57,512 nt of DNA. It comes from an uncultured virus (IMG/VR IMGVR_UViG_3300043438_001049). Lineage: Duplodnaviria; Heunggongvirae; Uroviricota; Caudoviricetes. The stretch lies in IMG/VR virus record IMGVR_UViG_3300043438_001049; one strand, 5' to 3'. Shown here piece after piece: positions 10,201 through 18,100 of the stretch; positions within the stretch are counted from its first letter, which is position 1; the number at the start of each line of letters is the position of its first letter. The notes below the pieces were generated by a model that did not search any database, was not told where the DNA came from, and worked only from the letters and a program-made list of their open reading frames with translations. The translations under genes were made by a program, and so were the position numbers.

Positions 10201-11504
10201 TTAGATGCAATTAACTGCCCAACTGGTAAACCACTTAGCCCAAGATCTGATGCACTCTTATTAATTGAATAGTCTAAAGTTTTATCAGATACATTTAAAA
10301 CAAGTCTTGGAGATATTTCTATAAGGTCAAAGGTTGAGTCTTTTACATTCATTGAGTCAACGACAATTCTAATTCCAGAGATGTATTCAAATTCTCGGTA
10401 CTGTTCTTTTCCATCTAAGGATTTAGTAAATACATTTGGAGATGTAGCATCTACAACAAAGTTTGTAAGTCTGTCTACTGTCTCATCTTGGATATACCAA
10501 CCATACTTTGGGGTTATGATTGTATAATCTGTACCGTTCCAAATATAAAACTTGCCTATATCGTTTTCATTTTCTTTAATAAGATAAGCATATCCAACTA
10601 CAGACTGCTCAGGAAGCAAAGAAATACTTGAGTATACTTCTGCAAAAACAAAATTTGCTTTCCATTCATCTGGAACAATTAGTCCATAGGCTATTTCAAC
10701 ATATCCATCACTCTTGATGACGGATGATCCGTCTGCTCTTCGTATTGCTGGATTAAAAGATATAACATCCTGCCAGTTTGAATCTTTTAGGAATTGAATT
10801 TTCCATCTAGTTGGAACCTTTTGATTTAACTCTCCAAAGAATGGATCTGAAAATGCTCCAGTTGGGGACGAAAAGGGGCCTAGATTTTCTGTTCCAGTAT
10901 GAGTTTGCATCTTAACAACAACTCTATTGGCTGGAATCTTTTCTTTATAGACAACAAAAGGACAGGCATCTTCTATAGAGTTTTGAGAACCTCTTACCTT
11001 TGAGGCAATCCCGTATTCTTGACCAGACTCTGTTCTGTATGAAGTCCAGTACTTAAACTTATCATTTTTATCTGGCATATAGTATCTTGGTCTGTCGGCC
11101 ATGACTAGATTGGGGTGGTGCAGTTTCCCGTTCTCAAAGAACACTGCCTTGTTAATTCCAGACCTTGGTCTAAACTGATTAAAACATTCTTCTAAAGAAT
11201 AAAGAGTTTTTAACTTTTCCTTCTTTGTCAAAAATGTTGTTGGAATGTCGTCATTGTCAAATGTTCCATCTACTAAAACATCTGCATCTGTCGCTCCTGT
11301 ATAAAAATTTCCAGCATCATTAATATCAAAACTTGTTGGAAGTGAAGCATAAAGAGAAGAAGACTCTGTTGGTCTATATCTATAGTTACCAATATGTTTT
11401 ATATTGGTTGGTATGTTCATGTTCCATTCTGCTGTTATTATTGACTTGTTTCGTACCGTCGGAGAAGTCTCTAAAAATGTTTGCAGTTCTTTATCTTCAA
11501 ACAT
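7212..11504 (-). CDS. large tail-tip/baseplate hub protein
   Basis: 1430 aa, two genes after TMP; C-terminal 'IPTIQLGDIVSL...FVVYNIDFS' OB-like tail-tip motif; internal lectin-like beta segment. Confidence 0.65.
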   Translation of the reverse strand: MFEDKELQTFLETSPTVRNKSIITAEWNMNIPTNIKHIGNYRYRPTESSSLYASLPTSFDINDAGNFYTGATDADVLVDGTFDNDDIPTTFLTKKEKLKTLYSLEECFNQFRPRSGINKAVFFENGKLHHPNLVMADRPRYYMPDKNDKFKYWTSYRTESGQEYGIASKVRGSQNSIEDACPFVVYKEKIPANRVVVKMQTHTGTENLGPFSSPTGAFSDPFFGELNQKVPTRWKIQFLKDSNWQDVISFNPAIRRADGSSVIKSDGYVEIAYGLIVPDEWKANFVFAEVYSSISLLPEQSVVGYAYLIKENENDIGKFYIWNGTDYTIITPKYGWYIQDETVDRLTNFVVDATSPNVFTKSLDGKEQYREFEYISGIRIVVDSMNVKDSTFDLIEISPRLVLNVSDKTLDYSINKSASDLGLSGLPVGQLIASNGNINIFDYDQAFNENNQSSIIAKYINRHVQFKFYEVIVDVAGWDYWVPIKTLYADSFPKQDLMNKTVSLSLRDMYWYLESITAPQILMTEVSVSSAVSLLLDHIGFSNYTFRRVANEKETIIPYFFVGPDNSVAQILQDLAVSTQTAMFFDEYNNFVMMSKDYIMPTKEQRPTTFELRGTNDLFQDNEIKNKTLANAKLANVISVSSQTNNVYNDGVINYTTRHIQRSIGSLRQASLLDDERFYTYKPALLWEVSGTENTKSINNEVNKQSAYVLSAIPLNSNLLADVPIVKNNIVINNTFSLGEAAYWITRYNGYFYSQGEIIKYDAVQYNVTGFGNVWITSTEDYQNYFSKLPFNGKIYPTGLVRIYSEPKYFEQSGVIRLQNGEVQKHGRGQFGTTVVAHNAGIADYWKSDDNVKGCYMSSEYLFQKDLTLPATTVALSGKLTDSGISSDALARTSSRSGIIKNFLSTSVVGEITTNTQQVPGSVQSSALSLTGPNFATKEKPRNFISYVHKSLEGKKYKHFGTRLRIIGKIESNEDRGQTTNGSSTYYVVNGSTPDKNINVAGGSAGIAVMLNPTTNVGYYFEIAALGLGNLSETDRQSVSNVFFYKIKSDNSKAIPVGLWDGLATITVDDGRFTGQSRVFAEENPTVYDLAVEYEDIGKTRRFYLYINGKLIKTVDDNDPLPIYSNIALFTRGSSRAMFENVYALCNNYSQNTSFSLGAPVNSVFGDSEIDANESFRKYAISGLIQNTYLSGIGSSEPPKYDIYFEEFGSIMREAAVFNFKYDKAYPALTAKISPTFNKIKGYVVSGFRAGSYGAEFMIFNATDTALSLDETSGNYLRIQGITFTQESDNNLTVDEYFNKNTLESSPQFVADKLISNPFKFKQDYQDIKLSRMTYGKKDFSLTTPYIQSQDEASNLMKWMVEKTSKPRKSIGVKIFAIPTIQLGDIVSLDYQENGISMASNALSRFVVYNIDFSRGPSGPDMTVFLSEVL

Positions 11505-12139
11505 TATACTTCTTCCAAAGTTATTGAGACGTTCCAGTAATCAAACTTAGTTCCTCTTTTTTCAACAGAATATGAAAAATCACTAATAAACATTTCTATA
11601 AGTTGATTGTATTGTCCAAGGTGGTCGTATGGTTCTGGTGTTCCACTAAATATACCCTTTCTATCGTAGGCAAGAAATACCCAAAAAGATCCTTTATGTG
11701 AGTCATACCACTCAAGCATATCTGCTCCACCTGCGCCTCCATCAGTTGTATAGGATACATATGGAGAAACTCCAGTAGCAGTATCAAAACTTGGAATGTT
11801 TGCATGGGATCTAGACGGAATTAAATTCCAACTTGTACTTAGTGTTATTTTATCTGCAATGTGATATGATCTCATGCGACCATTAATCATTCTTTCACGC
11901 TTTTCAATTCTTTCTTCTGAAAAATCAAGGGGCTGTCTATTATCATCAGTAATAAACAAGAATTGATCTAGAAGGGTTTGATCTTCAACATCTTCTGGGT
12001 CTACTCCAACTTCATACCCATAGGGAATGTACAAACCATCTTTAAGAGTGCCAGAGTTTTCAGACCACAGCATACCGCTTGGTCTGTTATATTTTTTACG
12101 ACCCTGAACATAGGTGACTCTTGGATCAATTTCTGGCAT
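11504..12139 (-). CDS. putative distal tail protein
   Basis: immediately follows TMP; RERMINGRMRSYHIADK and C-terminal WNVSITLEEV are Dit-like. Confidence 0.55.
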   Translation of the reverse strand: MPEIDPRVTYVQGRKKYNRPSGMLWSENSGTLKDGLYIPYGYEVGVDPEDVEDQTLLDQFLFITDDNRQPLDFSEERIEKRERMINGRMRSYHIADKITLSTSWNLIPSRSHANIPSFDTATGVSPYVSYTTDGGAGGADMLEWYDSHKGSFWVFLAYDRKGIFSGTPEPYDHLGQYNQLIEMFISDFSYSVEKRGTKFDYWNVSITLEEV

Positions 12140-15100
12140 TTAATGACACCCCTCTAATTCTTCTATCATCAACTTGTTTAATTGTTGACATTACTGCTTG
12201 TGCAATTTCATTTGGATTAGCATTTGTTTTTGCATTAACAGTTAATGTATATGTATTATTATACACTGCTCCACCAACTGATTCGCCATTATTTATTTTT
12301 CTCATAGTATCTACGCCATAAGTATCTACAGCATACTTACTCATTATAAATTCTCCTGGAGTTAACATTGCTGGAACTGTATCTGTGCCTTTAGCAAATC
12401 CACCAAGAGAGAACATTTTAGGAATTATTCCACCATTCATTCTTCCTACTCTGCCCTTAGCATTTATTGCTGCTTGCTCTGCTGCTAGATCTGCTGCTTC
12501 TTTTGCCTTAAATCTAGAAAGATTAGATGCTTGATTTTGTACACTAATTGCTTCTGCTGCAGCAATTGCTGCTGCTTTTATTTGTGATGCAATAGACAGG
12601 GCCCCGATTATTCCATTTTCCATTGCTGCATTAGCGCTTGGGTGAAATGCTGCTGCTGCAATAGCAGGTGCATAATCTGCAGCCTTTTCTAATGCTGCTT
12701 TATTAATATCTTCTGCTTTTTTATTTCCTTCAGTTGATGCTTTTGGATCTGGAACAAATGGACCTGGACCTTGTGTTGCAGTTGTACCAGAGTTGCTTGA
12801 AGTATTCCCTGGTTGAGCCTGATATGCTGCAATAAGTTTTGCTTGAGTCTCTAGTGCAAGTTTCATAGAATCAACAAATGCAGCACTCTTAATTAATGCA
12901 AGGTCTACTTGATTTTTAATTGCTTCCCAAGCATCTTTTGTTTTGCCAAGAACCGTAAGTCCTTCTATATCTTTGTCTAATATTATTTGTCTTAAACGAA
13001 TAAACTCTTGTGCTGGTTCTAGTTTCTCTTCTTCAATTTTAAATATTTTATCTTGAAGATCTTTGATTTCTTTTTCAAGTTCTAGTCTAGTTTTTCCACC
13101 CTGAGTTTTTACTCTAGACAATTCATATTCTCTAGATTTCTCTACAGCATCTTTTTGTTTTGTTACTGCATCTGCTGCTGCTTGGGCTCTCATATCCTGT
13201 ACGGCCTTTGCTGCTGCTGAAATATCTCCAGAGGTTAGGGCCTCAGCAAGAGTTAGTTGACCCTTTTGCTGATTAGAAATAGAAGAGTTTAACTTTTCTA
13301 CTTCATCTAAAGCCTTAATTCTTTCATCATACTTATCATTAATTTTTTGTTCTTGCTCTTCAATACCCTTTAGTGCTGCTTCTTTGTCATCTATTTCATA
13401 TTGAATTGCTGCAATTGCATTTTGTGCCTCTTTAATTACTGCATTTTGTGATTTTGTATCTATTTTAAATTGTATATTTAGGGCTGTCTCCTGAACATCA
13501 AAGGCCTGCATAGCATTGCTAAAACCTTTATCAAATAAGCCTTGCATGAATTCAACGGTAGACTTTAATTGATTTAGCCTTTCAGTAAAATCGTCAATTA
13601 AATCATTTAACTCTCCCTGGGCTTTAACAATAATTGCTGTTGGTGCTCCGTTTGCTATTAACTTATTTAATCTCGATTGTTGTGAAGCAATTTGGCTTTC
13701 CATTGATTGTAGGTTTTCATCGGATGAAATTGCAAAAGCATCTTCTGCCCCATACTTTGATCTTAGTCTTGCTTCTTGAATTGTGTTTTTCTTAAATTGT
13801 GCGATATCTGTTTTTACTCCTTGAATTGCCGCTGACTTTTCTTGTGCTGCAGTTAAAAGTTTATAGTTAGAAATCAAAGTTCTAAGGCTTTTATCATTTA
13901 CTCCATTGGCAATGGCTGCTGCCAAAGTTTTATCAGAAATTAATTGGTATGCCTCTGCTACTGGAACTCCAAGGTTTGCCAACTTATTAAATGCAGTTGA
14001 TTGATTTTCAATAGCCTTGAAGTCTGCTTCCATGCTAGACTTCCAGTCACCCATAGTTATTGAGTTTAATGCTTCCTGAATGTTTTTAGCATCTTCTTTT
14101 AGTCCAACAATATTTTTCTTGTTGTCAAACTTAAACAATGAGTTCTTTTTCTGTTCATATACCTTTGGATCCATGCCAACGATTAGTTCGATAAAGTCTT
14201 GGCTTGTACCTAAGCCTCTTAGATCATTTTCTATACCGCTAAATACATCAATAGTTTTGTTACCACCAAACAGTTTATCTAGTGCCTTACGAGAAGCACC
14301 CCAGCCTTCTGTGACCTTGATCTGGTTCATTCGTACATCTCTTAGTTTCTTTACTAAGTCATCTAGTGGTGAGGACTGGACTTTGTTTCCATCGGCAGGA
14401 GTGTTTCCTCCTACTGGAGCCTTTACTCCTACTGATAAGTTATCTGTAACGGCTTTGTATCCTTGGGCTTCTGTGTATTTTTGTATTTTATAAGAAAGAC
14501 TTCCTGTTACTCCTTGTCCACCTCTTGGTGCAGGCTCCTTAAGCCACGCCTTATAGTCTTCGCTTGCTTCAATTTTTGGCTCTGGAATATTAACTAATGT
14601 TGAAATTGTAGTTGTATAAACCTTTTGCTGATCTTCAGTTAATGTGTTAAAGTATGCTTCATCAAATGCTGCTGTTCCCTTAACCTCTGGCATAATCTCA
14701 TAAACAATTTTTGCAGTTAAATCTTTGCTACCTTCAATTGCGTCTAGCATTTTATTTAATGATGCGTATGCCTCTTGGCTTTCCTTGCTTTTGTCAGTAT
14801 AGTAACTGACCATAACATCTGATGGGATAACTGTATTGAGACTGTTTAACTTAATTATATTTTTTGTAAAATCAAGAGCATCTGAGTCTTTTTCAAATGC
14901 TTCTACCCTGGTTATAAATTTTGTTTGAACTGTCTTGTTAATGGTACCCTTTGCATCAAGAATATTCTGTGCTGCTACACCTATTGACTCAGATGTTGCA
15001 CCACTAAACTTTGTAATAATTTTCATCATCACTGGGGCCATGTCTTTATTGTCTGTTGCCATTTGCAAAAGACTTCTGAATACTGCTGGAGGAATATCTC

Positions 15101-18100
15101 CACTTGCCATCTTTGCTTGAATTAAAAACTCTTGTCCACTATCGATAAGACCATCTTTTCTTAGATTTTTTGATTGCTGATTTACAGTATCTATATATGC
15201 TAACTGGTTAGGATCATTTTTGTATTTTGCAGTTGTGGCTTTTTTCATTCCAGACATCATTGCTTCTTGAAGTCCACCAGCACTATTGTATTGAGATACT
15301 ATGTCTCCTTGCATTTTTGCTTGGGCTGCAGTTAGTTGATCTCTTTTTCCAACTTTGCCTTTTTCTTTATCTCCTAAATACTCTTTCTCTAGTTCTAACG
15401 CCTCATTAATTTTACCCTGCAGCCTTAACTCTTCAATTTTTTTCTGATAATACATATCAAGAGAGTCAAGCATTTGTTTATTTTGTTCCATTGCAATTTT
15501 AGCATCTACCGCATAGGTTGCTCCAAGAACTGCTGCCTCTTTTGCATATTTCTTTGAGGCAAAGTATCCACCAATTGCTCCTACTGCTGTTCCAATTCCA
15601 GCACCTATAATTGCTCCTGCTAGAGTTCCTGCAGGTCCTAGTGCTGTTCCAATTCCAGCACCTGCTGCTGCTCCACCAAGAGCCGAAGCGCCTATGCCTA
15701 GTCCTTGTGTTACTTTTTGTCCAGCAAGTTGTTGTAAAACACCAGCATTTTTTACATTATCAGCACTAGTTTTCATATTCTTTGCATTTGCATTTACCAT
15801 ATTTATTCTAACATTTAATGGATCGTTAACAAGGTTTTCTCCGTTTGGTCCAAGCAAACTTTCTAATTGAGCAATAACCTTTATACCAATAGACATATCT
15901 CCTGCTTGTCTAGCAGCATTCATAGCCAAACTTTTTGCCTGTGACATATCCATAGCACCAGACATAATTGCTGCAGAAAGTTGGCCACCTAAATCTTTCA
16001 CTGCAACATTTCCTTTACCGTCAGCGTTCTGTTTTGAAATTCTTGCAGTCAAAGCCTTTCCTTCTGCTGTTTGAGCATATGCTTCTCCATAAGTAGTCTT
16101 ACCAGTTGCTGCGCCAAGCATTGCAAAAGAATTTTTTCTTCTTAGGTCCATCTGTTCTGAGGCTGTTGTCTTACCACCAAATTTTGCTATAGTCTGTAAT
16201 GCAGATGTAGATCCTTTAAACTTTTCACCCTCTTCTAAAACCTGATCTGCTGCTTTATCAAATGACATTCTCAAGGCAGCAAATGATCCAACTGTTGCAA
16301 GAAGTCCTACTGCTAAGGCTGAAGCAGGACTTTTTAACATTGGAATTATCATAGACAATCCCATAAGTGGCATCATTAATTTTTGTGAGATTTCTCCAAC
16401 TTTACCTGGTACCATAGAACCAATCATTGCTGCACCTGCTGCCATTCCGACACCGCCAGCAATTCCCATACCACCCTTACCTGCTACTTTTGCATTTTGT
16501 CTATTATTTTTAAGTCTTTGCAATTTAGTGGTTTCAAATTTACCATTTGCCATTGAAGGTCCCATTGGCGTTCCAGAAACTGAAGGTGCTGGTGTAAACT
16601 GTGCTGCTGCTCTTTCACTAATAATTCTTTTTTGATATGCTACAGAGTTTGCTAACTTAGTTCTTCTTTCCATTTGTCTACGCATAGACTTGGCATCTGC
16701 ATCCATTGGCCCCATGCCGTATAGTTTAGTTCTTGATGCTGCCATCTTTGCTTGTGTTTTTGCTTCTGCCCTTTGGCGCTTTTCCATTTGTCTACGTAAA
16801 GATTTAGCATCTGCATCTATTGATCCCGTTCCATACAAAGCAGTCCTTGATGATGCTGCTGCGGATTGAGATATTGTTTTTCCAATAGTGGCACCAGCAG
16901 CCTTGGCTTTTGCAACAGATCCTTTTACTCCCGCAAGAATTGCGTTTACAGTTGCATTCTTTGATCCTGGGGCATTTGCTTTTCCAACAATTCTTCCCTT
17001 GGGGCCTTGACGAACCGATGAAGCAACACTCGCTGGAGCAAGTCTTGTATCCTTTATGCTGCCAGAGTCTGATTTTAACTTTCCGTTATTTGGCTTTGTT
17101 GGTATTGGCTTTAGGTTACCCTTTTTGTCTTCAAGTACTTCATCTGGCTTTACCAAAATTGAACGATGGAAGTTATAAACCTTTTTCCAGTCTGCGTTTA
17201 AACCAGCCTGAAGTCTCTTATACATATCTTCATAAACTTTTTTGGCTGGATCTCCAGCATCAAGTTTAAAACCATCTATAGTTTTTCTTAATTTTGGAAG
17301 AGTTCTATTAATCTCATCTTTTATTTTTCTTTCATATTCATCTGCAGACTGAATATTTTGTGGAATATCAGCAGTGGCATTTCCAAACCAGAAAGGAGAG
17401 TTGTTGGCATTTGGACCTGAAACACCTTTAAGATTGTGCATAGCAATTGCTTCCATAGATGGAAGTCCTGCTGAATAAGATCTTGTTCCAGAGGCTTTAT
17501 CAAATACTCCTGCTGCTCCAACATCAGTTACAACATTGCCTCCAAGGTTGCCTTTCTTAAGATCTTTGTCTCCACGAAGGCTTGATGCTACTAATTGCTT
17601 AATATATTCTTTTTCAGTAAAAGTTTTTGGCATTGTGTTTGGATCAAATCTTGAATCATATGGAGATTCCAAAACAATAATCTTTCTTTTTTTCTTAACA
17701 TCTGGTTCATCAATATCTGTAGGATCAATCATTGTTTTGATTGTTTGTCTTGGTGCTAGTAAGCCCTGTGCTCTAGCAATCTCAGTTCCTCTTTTTTCTG
17801 CTATAGCGTCTAACTCACTTAGCATTGGTTTTACAAATACTTTTGACCCATCTGGTTTTGTAAATACTCCGCCAATGGTTGACATAAAATTACTTCTACC
17901 AGAACTCTGTGTTTCTTGAACACCAAAGTTTGTAGGCTTCTTTGCTCCAAAGGCAGTTTGAGATGCCTCTATTGCAACTGCTCTTAGTTTTTCTTTGTGC
18001 TCCATTGCTTTTTCAAGATCAAGCAATTGTGGGGCTGATGGCGGTGCTGCAACCTTTGCTTTCTTTGCTGCCTTTGTGCCTTGAGAAATTACAGGGGTTG

